Origin: Hormiphora californensis
Lineage: Eukaryota; Animalia; Ctenophora
Assembly (NCBI GenBank): GCA_020137815.1
Contig: CM035354.1
Span: forward strand, 2,294,001-2,358,000
Direction of reading: 5' to 3'
Length of the DNA: 64,000 nucleotides
Shown: positions 39,760 through 51,639 of the stretch, in pieces
Position numbering within the stretch: position 1 is the first letter of the stretch
Layout: the number at the start of each line of letters is the position of its first letter
Translations under genes and position numbers: made by a program
The notes under the pieces: generated by a model
Database searches by the model: none
Seen by the model: only the letters and a program-made list of their open reading frames with translations
Told to the model about the DNA's origin: nothing

Positions 39760-40540
39760 CGATTTAGGGACCACCAAACATGCATGGGTGGGATCAAGTT
39801 TCGGGTGTTTTTGCATTATATAGTAAGATTATATTATATGTTTTATGCATGAAGAACATTCCTAGAAAGTTTCAAGTCGATATTTTAAGCAGAACGGAAA
39901 ATATAATTTAGTGCATGGGCAAACAAAATGGTGCAAGGGCACATGTTCAGGGAAATTTGCACAAATTGTGCAGGGGCAAATTTTAATTAATTTGCCTATA
40001 ATTAATTACCTAATTGATATATTAATCATACGGCTCTTCTAGTACTCGTAGTTATGCTACTAGAACATGCATAGAAAGTTTCGTGTCAAAATATTAAACG
40101 GTGTGGACACAGTTCGATCATAAATTGGTGCAAGGGCTGCCCTTGCACCATTTGACCCCCTTGGCACATGCCTGCGCCTTGCACAAATTCCAGGTTTTGC
40201 ACGGCTCCTAACTAACTAATTACTTATTTGACTATTCCCACTTGTCGAACAATCATCTTTTATGATTGAAGAACATTCCTAACAAAGTTCAAGTCGACTA
40301 TTGTTAAGGCAGAACGGAAAATAGAATGTGGTGCCAAGGGCGCGGTGCAAGGGACATAACACGCAATGTGCAGGGCACGGTGCCCTTAGCACCGTTTTTA
40401 AATTACCTATAATTATTAATTAAATTAAAAATTCAAAAATCCGCCAACGTCATGACACAAAGTAATACTTACAAGAACATGCCCTACAAAATTTCAAGTC
40501 GATATCCTCAAACAGGTGTGGCCACAAGCGTTGACATGTT
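39760..40540. repeat. Unclassified interspersed repeat with iterated GAACAT..TAGAAAGTTTCAAGTCGATAT motifs
   Basis: The motif recurs at ~39853, 40063, 40271 and 40475, and the segment is absent from the paralogous block. Confidence 0.5.
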
Positions 40541-42851
40541 TTTTGGCCCCCCCCCCTCCAAAAAAAAGACCTTTCTTGGTTCGTAATAGGGCCGGCATTT
40601 TTGGGTTTTTTGTGCGGGGCAAAAAATTTTTTTTTTTTTTCGTTTTTTGCTGTTTTCTTCGGGTCGGAGGTGCCTGCCGGCACTAATGTGAGAGAAAAAC
40701 ATCAGAGTATTGCCACATATTTTTGGAGAATGACAGTGATGAGGAGGGAGAGAGAGAGTGGAGAGGATAGGATGAGAGAGAGAGAGAGAGAAGAAGAGAG
40801 ATCGTATACTAGAGAGCAAGATCGAGCAAGATAGGAGATAGATGAAGAAGAAAAGACTCAATAGAGAGAGAGATCTCTCTTTTCTCTAAGTCCCTGAGCC
40901 TATTCTTAGACAATAGCTCATATCGCCCCGGACGCGCTCCTCCTCTTTGTGATCACTGCGAGACCTGATTGAAGGGATAGAGAGAGACAACAGAGCATCC
41001 AGTAGTAAGAAGAAGAAATCCCACGTCCAATGTCAAATCACCCACTTCACCAACGAAGTATTGAAGAGAAAAATAACAGTCAGTGTGCATAACGGGCTTG
41101 TCACAAAACACGTAATCCGGGAGAGTGATATATTATATGAAATACAGGTAACAATGCTAACTATCTTTACCTTGTTTTGTTTTGCATTGTTGAATGCTGG
41201 TAGCTATTGGAGCTAGAGGAAAATCTATAAGAAAATGTGGGTAATGCTACAACAAGGTAAATTACAAAAGTAGACACATATATAATTACAAATGCTGTCA
41301 TACACGATGGGTGTTTGAACAAAATATGTAAGCCACTGATTTTAATCATGGACGCAGAATTCAGATAACAGTAAAAAAACACAAAACAACAGTATATTTG
41401 GAGCGATGCACAAAGCATGCCCCGCAGAATAAATTTCATATATTGTTGTTCGCTTGGAACTTTCTAGTCGATCATATAGCTTCACCTCTGACAAGATAGA
41501 AATAGCGTTCGAAAATAATAAAGATTCAATTGTATTCCCCAGTAGAACTAGCAAGAAGTTTCTATCTCGTCTGAGACAATGTGTTTTTGGCAATGGAATT
41601 CACACACGGTGCACGGTGTTCAAGCATTTCCGACCACGGTAAGTTATTTGTCAAACGCTGCTGGCCCCAGCCGCCAGTGCGGGATAAGGCAGCGCTTTTC
41701 AAATAAGTTATTATCGCCAATGACGTTATTTATTTAACATTGGATGATCAAAATGTACGTTTTAACATTTCTTCTTGCCCACGTAAATTCAATCAAAACT
41801 GGTCCTTGGAGCAAAACTGAATATGAACTTCACAATTTATATCGAGTCAATTATATAAGAAAATATATGACTCTCCCGCTCTTACACTATAGGGTAAACT
41901 GGGGTAAAATAGTCCATTTTTTAACGTTTTAGGTTCTAAAATACGCAATTTATACAGCAGGAAGAAAAAAAATTAAATAGGCTATCCAATGAAACGTTTT
42001 CCTTTCAGACGAGCTAAATCTGAATGTTTTATTTAGTAGGTTAATTAATCAATTCAAAAAAATTGGTAGGGCTTTTTGGAAATTTTGCACTGGGGCAAAG
42101 TGGTCCCAGCCAATAGCATTGCTCGATTTTATCACGTGCCTGGTGTTGTTAGAACAGCGATCAAATTCGGGGCAAAATGGTCCATGTTATCTTCAGCAGT
42201 TTCTGTTCTGCAGGACCACTTCGCCCCAGTTGTGGTATCACGTGGTATTGTAGGCTCGATTTAATTGAAAGGTGAACCTATTTGCCGCAGTTTGACTAAA
42301 ACAGAACGAGCAGGTCTCCGCTGGAGAAAAAGTCACGTGACCACATGTAATAACTTGGACCGTTTTGCGCCATACATGTGCCACTTTGCCCCGTGGACCA
42401 TTTTCCACAGTTTACCGGGAACCAACAACGTTTCACGTTTGCCAAATCGCGCCCGAAAAAACGTGTAAAATTTTGTTCCAAAAAACACAGCGCAAGACAG
42501 CTCAGCTTCATATGGAAAACGTTAAAATCTGGGTGCCTTTCATTGCTAACAATTCGTAGTTTTGGCGCGCGCGACGGGTTAGGGCTATCCGTTAGGGTCT
42601 GGTTAGGGTTTGGTTTGGGGTTACCGGTTAGGGCTATCGATTCTCTAACTGATACCGTTTAGTTTACACAAATCGGCCATGTGGTTCCATGGCTATAGCC
42701 GTTTGAAAAAAGTCGGTCTAAGTATACTCTTTTGGCAGCGCGCACCTGTAAACAGGCTGCAAGGCACCCAGATTATAATCGCGCCCGCTTCATATCAGCT
42801 CGATCCAAGCGCGGCCCGGTGGATCATTTTACAGTAGTATAGCGCGCTAAC

Positions 42852-43515
42852 TAAAGTCGGATTTTTTGAAGTTGTCACCCCCCTTTTCGTGCGCGGAATG
42901 TTTTTGCGCGTCACATCACATGTTAACGTGTGGTGTGCGCGTCAAAATTGATAAATTTCACATGCGCGGTCATTTTGGGGTGACAACTTCAAAAAATCCG
43001 ACTTTATATACTCCATTTTTTTTCAACTGTTCACCCCCCAAAGTCGTGCGTGGAATTGTTTTGCGCGTCTATCACATGTTAACGTGTAGCGCGCGCAGCG
43101 TAAATTAAAATATCGCACGCGCACGAGTTGAGGGGTGAACAGTTGAATAAAAATGGACTTTAGTCGAATTTTTTATTTAAGCGACAGGCCGCCGCGCACT
43201 CAATTGGTTAATTGGTCATATCTCCGGTTCCTGATAAGATAAAGACTTGATCCTGGTTGCGTTGGAAAGATAAAATTTTTATCTTTCCAATGGCACCAAG
43301 AAAAGTCGCTAGCTTATCAGGAACCGGAAATCGATTTCAAGCGCTGCATTTTGATGCGCGGCGGCCTGTCGCTTAAATAAAAAATTCGACTTTAAAGTCC
43401 GTTTCAAGCGACTTGACCCGTAATTCTTGGAATTTGGCGCATTGCGCGTGTATTTACAAAGGGGAAATCCTGAATTTCCAGGAATCTCAGGTCAAGTCGT
43501 TTGAAACGCACTTTA
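42852..43515. mobile_element. Stack of four different TIR elements sharing TAAAGTC...GACTTTA termini
   Basis: Units ~42852-43006, 43007-43162, ~43159-43394 and 43393-43515 each have their own inverted repeats. All four are absent at the paralogous site ~35150-35180. Confidence 0.8.
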
Positions 43516-45251
43516 AATACGGTTAACTCCGCCGTGTATTGACGCGCAATAAAAATGTAGTCCGGCCAAATTAAATTCAACAAAAACAAAAACCAAACTT
43601 TAAAACCTTAAAAACGGCCCTTTTTTGAATAACACGTGGCTCTCCTGGATCTTTTTTGTATGTTTAAGGCTGAGAAATGAAGCAATAAAGCTATCTGATA
43701 AACCAGACTTAGAATCTGGGTACCACAGAAGTTAGTATTCGCGATTTAGACCAACTTAGGACTGAGTTTACAATTTGGTTTGCTTGTTAAAGGCCTTGAA
43801 TTAGCTCTGAGCTCTTCAATAATCTTTGCCAAAGATTCTTTGGATATGTAGTTTAGGATGACAGAATGATTTTCTTCAGTGGGATCTGACCAGTGACCAA
43901 AATATTAAATAAATGGTGCGACTTGTTCGACTTTTCCAGTATGTTTCATACATCGGAGGCTCCGATTCGGAGCCCGCCTCGGCCTGCCACACACGAAAGT
44001 TTTCATCTACGTGTGAAATTCGAGGTCGCCGGTATTTCATCCTATTACTACTACTCATACGCCCCATAAACTTTTGTCCATTAGAATACCTCTTGACTAG
44101 GGAAAGAGTAGAATTAGCATACTTATGTTCAGGTTATACTAAGATTCAAGGGCTTCTTTAAAGAGATTCTTTGATCGCCATCGCGACTCCATTACCTAGA
44201 TACACCTGGTAAAACGATGTGGATAATCAATTTCATGTTCCTTCGCCTCCCGTCCGGCATCCCATATATAGCTCAACGATAATGTCCTGACTCCTATTAT
44301 TATAATGACCAATACATGACCTGTCATATTATGTACAACGATTATTATTTATGTCGCTGACATTAACTAACTGATTCAGATTAAATTGTACTGTGTAGTG
44401 TATTCTGTAGGGATCATTACCAATCAATAGTTGTTTAGCCCAGACGGTGGAGACTGGTTGCCTTGTTAGCTGTTCGACCCTCTCTTTGAACAAAAGTGAG
44501 GCTGGAGTGAGAAGAAAGTTTGTGAAAGTTCCTAGTGTACATACTTGCCCAGGCATTCTTAGAAGAAGAGGACATTGAATAATTGTGTTGTTTAGACGCC
44601 TAAATTAACACGTTATTTGTTGTTAACTAAGTAGAACACACTTGAATATTTGTTGCTACACCGTTGCCCCTCGCAACTAAAGTGTGACCAAAAAGGTCCC
44701 TCTACCGATTAGTTAGTATACCAAAATGTCGTTTTCGAATTCTAACCCTGCTATGCCACATGTGTGTGGGTGTTGTGTGTGTATGAAGTGAGTGGCTAAT
44801 GTCTACAGCAGTTCAGTGCATATTTAATACAATATCCTTAATAGTTGTTTTGCCCAGACGGTGGAGACTGGTTGCCTTGTTAGCTGTTCGACCCTCTCTT
44901 TGAACAAAAGTGAGGCTGTCGAGTGAGAAGAAAGTTTGTGAAAGTTCCTAGTGTACATACTTGCCTAGGCACTCTTAGAAGAAGAGGACATTGGAATAGT
45001 TGTGTTGTTTAGACGCCTAAATTAACACAGCTCTCACGTTATTTGTTGTTAACTAAGTAGAACACACTTGAATATTTGATCAAATCGAAATAAAGTCGGC
45101 AAAATAGTTAAAACAGCACGCAATAATAAGCATTTATTTTAAAATCAGTCAAGCGCTTTCTGCACAACAAGCTCTAAAAACCGCAAAGTGAACACATGAA
45201 TCCGCATGAATAGAAAAACAAAGTGATTGAATAGGTCAATAGTTTATCGCT

Positions 45252-47338
45252 TTATCGGAAGAAGACGAGGGGAAGTGCCAGTAGGAGGCAGAATCGGGTA
45301 GTGTCGGGAGGGAGTGGAGTAGGGCACCTATTACAGAAATCTGTTTTACACAGGGCCCACTCACAGGTCTCGTTCAGGGGCAATCCTGTTCCTTTACACA
45401 TAGCGTCTGAAGGGAACGTATTTTAGTAGATGGGGGGTTGGAGTACCGGGAGATATTGAGTCAGCCCTATACCCAGCCGGAGAATAGCGCATTGAGGGAA
45501 CGTATTGTATTTGAAGTTTGCGCTTGGTTTTGCCACGTCATGTCACACTCCTTTGTGTTTGGGCTCCACTCACACAGGGTAGTCAGAGGCGTATCGCATC
45601 GCATCTAATTTCTTTGTATCAAAATATTCAACTAAACTAATTATAGTTTTCAACATAGATCTATTATTTCTTACTTTCATAGTCGATCTCGGTGTAATTG
45701 TCCATGCACCCTCTGTATGTCCTGTACCTTTTGAATCCATATTTCACCTGACAAGATATTATATCGTAATGATAGGGCATTGCGGGTAATAAAATTAGAA
45801 GAATTTATGACATTTTATAATGTCTAAAGTGAATGAGTGATCACCGAGGAAGATGTGGGAAAGCTGCCAACTACAGGAACCGACCGAATGAGGAAATACT
45901 GGTCCCTTATTGGCTGATAACGAGTCACGTGACCTAAATAACGAGTTCTGATTGGTTGTTTAATTGTTTCGATCGGTTCCTGGCCAACTATAATCTCACT
46001 CACATGCCATTTGTAGCAGGCTGACAGGTGTCTCCCAGTACACAGGGTTTTATTGCAGTTGTTAGTTGAGACTTCCAGTGTGTCAAGAGTATAACATGTC
46101 CAGCATTTCACCTCGTGCTCTGCAGATTTATTGAAGATTTGACTCATGTGAGTTATATATAAAAACGGTTATTTCGTAGCCTATAGGTTGTGAGGTTCAA
46201 CATGGTAGAGAGAATAAGTAACGCCCTAAAACACCATGTCAAATGGCCTTTCTTGCCCAGCTAGACTCTCTTTGAACAAAACAAAGCCTTTAATAACGGG
46301 TGGCAACTAAAAATTGTCACAAATTTAAAACGGCTGTAGAATTTTTTCCTTTTGAGATACAGCTTCGGGCCAGTGATAGATCGATTTTTCAGACAATTTT
46401 GAATAGGAATAATATGTCTTCAAAGAATAAAATGTTCATTTTCATTGCGATATCGCATCATTTCCTATTGACCCACCAAAGCACTTAGTACGGAGATTCG
46501 AAAGTTCTATTTGATCAGAAACGACCTTTCCCATAAGATAAGATTCTCAAAATTGGATGTTTGGTTGTTTATGCCATACCCAACATAACTGCCAAGTTTC
46601 AAAATTTTAGCTCATCGGGAAGATGGTTTTCCGCGTCATAAATGTTTGAGAGATCGTCGAAATGGCGATTTCTCAAATTACCTGTAAACTACGCTTTGGC
46701 GGGTTTGTTTCACAAGATCCTGACCAGGAAATTGAGTTTGAAACTAAGTTAATTTTGTTCAAAATTGTCTGACAAATCATTCTATCATTGTCCCGAAGCT
46801 GTATCTCAAACAGAACAGGCGCTGGAGGTGCTAGAAAAGTGTGTAAGTTTCTCGTACTAAGTGCTTTGGTGGGTCAAGAGGAAACGATGCGATATCGCAA
46901 TGAACATAAACTTTTCATTCTTTGAAGACATATTATTCCTATTCAAAATTGTCTGAAAAATTGTTCTATCACTGGCCCGAAGCTGTATCTCAAAAGGGAA
47001 AAATTCTACAGCCGTTTTAAGTTTGTGACAATTTTTAGTTGCCACCCGTTAGTCAACCGTTAGCACCTAACAAGGCTGCAATACCAACCGCTCTCACCAA
47101 CCAAATGGCAGATAATATAAATACCTCTAGGTAGCGTTCTCTCCTCCCTATCCAAATGAGTGGTCAGCTTTGGTCCGGGCATGTATAGATGAACATTCCC
47201 CAGTGACCCATTAACATCTAGCAGGTCTAGATCAGGATCAAAGGAATACCAATCATTCTCCATGTGCCAGTCACTGTAACCGCTGGTAGCTATCCATAGG
47301 AACCCGGATAGTCCTAGCACTATGAGACATGTCTGCAT
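45252..47338 (-). CDS. Secreted GPI-anchored Ly6/uPAR (three-finger, quiver/sleepless-like) protein, 4 exons
   Basis: Exons 47338-47125, 46119-46004, 45747-45675 and 45406-45252 are phase-consistent. The product has a signal peptide, a 10-Cys LU pattern from KCWTC through YRGC to LCKTDFCN, and a hydrophobic tail FCLLLALPLVFFR*. Confidence 0.8.
45874..45982. mobile_element. hAT-type MITE, 8-bp TSD
   Basis: TIR CAGGAACCGA/TCGGTTCCTG flanked by GCCAACTA on both sides. Confidence 0.88.
46296..47049. mobile_element. Non-autonomous DNA transposon with ~200-bp TIRs, TA-flanked, in Ly6 gene intron 1
   Basis: 46294-46490 is the reverse complement of 46853-47051 (mirror ORFs MATKNCHK...). Confidence 0.85.
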
Positions 47339-48463
47339 AGCTGTGCAGGATGTTATATCATTAGTTAGACAGTATTTAGACCGGTGCTTTTTGCATGTAA
47401 AAAGGCTCACTTTGATTTCCGTTAGATATGGAAATGTTAACTAAATCAAAATCAAAAGAGAAAATTACTGCAATCTCGCGAGATTAGGTATTGCGTTTTG
47501 GATAGCCAAGAAGTAACAAAATGTACAATATTATGTGGAATTGCATAACAGTACACAAGCTAAACAAAGTAGATTAGAGAGCAGAGATCTGAAGCGTTCT
47601 CTCTCTCTCACACATACAGTGTATACAAAGCAAAAGGAGAGATAGGTGTGGGAGCTCCAAAAGGATCGGCACACACTAGCATGATACACCACCTGTTGCT
47701 ACCATACATTAGCTCTCTAGATCGTACTGTATATAATAGAGACCACAGTGAGATAGAGAGAGGGGTAGACAGATAGAGGGAAAGAGAGGGAGGATTTAAT
47801 AGCGTAAAGCATTGAAGCATATGCGAGAGACTTGTACCCTTATCACGATTCAATACACTGAGAAGAAGAATAGCACACACTTTAGTGGAATACAAGGGGT
47901 CTGAAAGAAAGCGAGAGAGAAATAAGAGGGAGGGAGAGAGAGAGAGTGTGTGTGGGAGAGAGAGAGAGAGAGGGAGAGAGAGAGAGAGAAAGGAGATAGA
48001 AAGAGATACAACAGCTGTTGTGGTTATACCCATTATGGCAATTGGTCCACGCAAATAGCGTCCGCTGAGAACTACATTCAACCGCGTTATGCATTTCCTA
48101 TTTTCCTCGAAAAGAAACAAACACCGGGATGTATAGAATTGTCAATATCTGTTTTGTGAACTCTGGATAGAGTACCCTAGGATTCGGGAATAATGCAATA
48201 GAATACTCGACATACTGCTTCTACAACAGAGATTGTAGCAATTGTATACACAGCTGCTGGCGAAACAAAAGATTTAAGGGTGGTCCTTCCTTTGTATGTG
48301 TCTGCTTCAATATAAAGTACATGTAATTGCACGTGTTCGTGTGTGCCACTTGATATTATATCTGGTCAGTGGTCATCACTTTGACATGATCCCAGATCCA
48401 TTATTCCATTACGATTTTCATCATTTTCTGTTATAACAGTTTTCTTTTCATCTAGCTCTCAGG

Positions 48464-49702
48464 ATGTCTTTTCATTTGGAAGCGTTGAGAAGATCAAAGA
48501 TCCTGGCTAGAAAGAAAGATGCCCAGTTCAACTTGGCAGCAAAATACGTTGAGGAGAAGGTACGAAATTAAGTAGTTTACCCAAGCACCCCTGTGTCCTG
48601 GCCATTAGATTTAAATATTCACATAACGAATGCACGACAGTTTTATAGCGAATACGGGACTTGTCACCCGTTGAAATAGTGTATTTGACTCATAAAATTC
48701 ACTGTCACATCCTGCAATAAAGATTGTATATATGTGGGAGGCTGACGGCCGGGGATTGTGAAATGTGAAAGGATCGAAGTTTTGATCCTTTTTACAATCC
48801 CACGCTTTGTCCACACTCCCTCACCCCTTCACCCCAGCCCCTCACCCCCTCACCCCAGCCCCTCACCCCTTCACCCCAGCCCAGCCCTTCATCCCACCTC
48901 TCTCTCACCCCTTCACCCCACCTCTCTCTCACCACTTCACCCCACCTCTCTCTCTCTCACCCCACCTCTCTCTCCTACAGAGATCAGGAGACGTGATTGA
49001 TGCAACAGTAGAGGAACAGGTTGAGGGACTATGCCGGGAATACACCTTCCCTCGTCGTATCATATCCACCTACTCCAACCCTAGCACATCACCAACAGAG
49101 TAAGTTGAGAGGGATATTTATGATATTTCTGAAATGTTTGGAAGACTGAGAGAGAAAGAGATAGCATTTGTTTTGTTTTCTCATTCATGAATAGTTGAAT
49201 GCATTAAAAGTAGTAGCTTCGTCTCAGTGATTGACTGTGTGGGAGAGAGAAAGAGATATACAGAAGGAAAGAAAGAGAGGGAAAGAAAGAGATATACTGA
49301 TGAGAAAGTCTGAATGTGTGAGACTAAAAGATGCTTGCGATGATGCACTCTCTCTCCCACAAAGTGAAAACACCGCACATACACCCCAATCCAATCTCAC
49401 TGATTGTCTCATTTTTAACTCTGCCATTCATCCTCTCTCACTAAACTGCATGAACTCAATGGCAGCTGGTTATAATAATATCTTACTTTTCACTTTCTCA
49501 CTCACACGCATACAATCTGCGAGTCAATCTGTCACATACTCATTTCAGGAGTATGGAAAGTGAAGGTGGAGGTGATGGTGGGGTGGCCAAAACTGATCCT
49601 TTCGACAGAGAGTTGTGGCAGGCACAGAAAGCACTCCGAAATTCCTGTCTCTATATGGGACCCATCTATAAGGGGAAGGGGGGTTGGCCCGCAAATATGT
49701 AA
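48464..49702 (+). CDS. Putative orphan multi-exon gene (may extend to 50141-50418)
   Basis: Phase-consistent GT-AG exons 48464-48559, 48981-49099 and 49549-49702 (MSFHLEALRRSKILARKKDAQFNLAAKYVEEK|RSGDVIDATVEEQVEGLCREY...). No recognisable family. Confidence 0.45.
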
Positions 49703-51639
49703 TAGCTGGGAGGTCCTCCCTCTCTGCCAAACGACGCGACAAGGAAATCCTGTCAGCACGATGCCTAACCATTCTCCTCGCTCATAGCTCACTCTTCCGA
49801 GGAAGGGTCAGCGCGATCCGATGACTGACAGAGAGGATCTCCGACGAATGACGTGCATGGAGTAGGGATAAACAGAGAACTTTTAGCAAATACAACTTGG
49901 AACTCTGGTGAAGTGATGTGAATGTTTGATATGTAAATATACCCACCACTGTAAATATGTAATTTATGCTTTGATATATCCACTTTTTTGTCTTACAAAA
50001 ACAGGTGTTTTTACTTTTTTCAATTCCCAGTTCCCGTGACTGTTATACAATAGCTGAAGTGCAGGAGTAATCCGACTCGGCCCAGATCTTTCTGATCTAA
50101 CATCTCATTTGTATCCCTCTCTAACTCTCCCACACTTTAGTAATGTCTCAACAATCACAATCGGATTCCTGGGATGAGTTGATGCGATTTGTAAGGAGCA
50201 GCGACCATACGAAACCCATTCAGCCACCCTCTCTCTCCTCTCCATCTGCGGCTTCTAAATTCGATAAATACAACCTTCAGCTGAGTATCCCGGGAAGTTC
50301 CAAGGAGTTTCAAATTAAACCACCCAAGTTCACCCCAGTAACTTTTGCCAGAGCACAGTGGAAAGACGACATCAGCCCAGTCGAGGTTCTCTCTAGTATT
50401 GGACTGAAAAAGCCGTAGTTTTGAAGCTAATGAATTGAAAATTTTTACATGACTCGTTTTTTAAACGATGCATCTTATTTGTTCGCTGGAGGAGGAGTTC
50501 TTAGTGGTATGGAGGGAGGTTGGACCTATGCGTGCGATCACGCTGCTTGAGCATCAAGAATTCAGTCACATTTCTGGAATCACACGGTTCAGGGAGGCGC
50601 GAGGTGTCAGCATGAGGAGTAAATGCGCAGACTGACGCGCGCACGTGGGAAAATCGGGTATTTTCCCACGGTGCAATCGGCAATCCATATTTTCGCGAAA
50701 ACAAGGCCGGTCGATCGAAATTGTTGACTCTTAAAATACGATGATCTCGTATCCCCATCAATTGATCCACTAACAATTCCTATTTCATGGTCCTTTCCGA
50801 ACCAGGGGCTTACACTCAAACAAAAACACGGGTTTTAGGCAAGTCATGCAAGACCCATTTGGCACCGCCAGACCAGCCACCACTACCACTTGTCACTACC
50901 AGTGCGTTTTTACAAATTGATAATAACTTTTTAGGGGGAAAAAATCAAACAGAAAATCAAACAGTATATCTGCCAAGTGCCAGAACAATAAAACACTCAC
51001 ACTGTCGCCACACATTCTACAACAAATCTAAAAAAACAGACACGCACAACTAAAGAAGTAGTAGTAAAATATATCTGGGTTCTATTTGCCTTGATCGACC
51101 CTGTCTCACAGTATATGTACAAAGTTCAATAGAGTCCCTGGTCCCATCTCTCCAACCAATCGAAGGGAAACATCCACCACCAGCTGTCAGAGCATTGGCC
51201 TGACCCATTCTCGCGAAAACTTTGGTCAGAGGTACCCCCGGTCAGAGCATTGGCCTGACAGATCACCAGTGCTTTCTTCTTGCTTCATTTTCATCTCACT
51301 ACCAGTACGGTACGCGACCTCTCAGTCTTCACGTCCCAGAGTCCACACAGTCAGAAGTAGTCTCTTGTATGTCACAATGGTTTCACATTTCGTCCCTTCT
51401 GGAACGCTTTCCCCTGTAAGCACATTTCCTCCGGCCATAGGAAGGTTGGTGGCGAGTGTTGGCATTTTCTGTAACTCAGGAAACTTTTAAAAATCTAGAA
51501 ACCTTAATTTCCAAAATAATTTTTTCTTATAAGAGATAAGGTATTCCTTTTTTGATAGGATGGTAAGGGGGGGGGTGGTTCGGAGATGAAGCATGTGAAG
51601 GGAGTGGTTAATAGCGGGAGTGGTGGCTATAGTTAAGGT

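Larger units (their letters stand above)
31290..45120. repeat. Tandem segmental duplication or uncollapsed haplotype: ~31290-37570 versus ~37690-45120, including a second CK2 exon 1 (38661-38606)
   Basis: Collinear near-identical blocks (e.g. 31395-31590~38500-38693, 32375-32695~41610-41933, 35170-35696~43515-44050, 36900-37510~44050-44650) differ by TE-sized indels. There is also an internal repeat 32990-33720~34215-35075. Confidence 0.85.

Noticed and set aside
42575-42635. TTAGGG-like motifs (also 61220-61275, 61515-61555)
   Set aside because: Degenerate and embedded in an interspersed repeat, so not a telomeric array.
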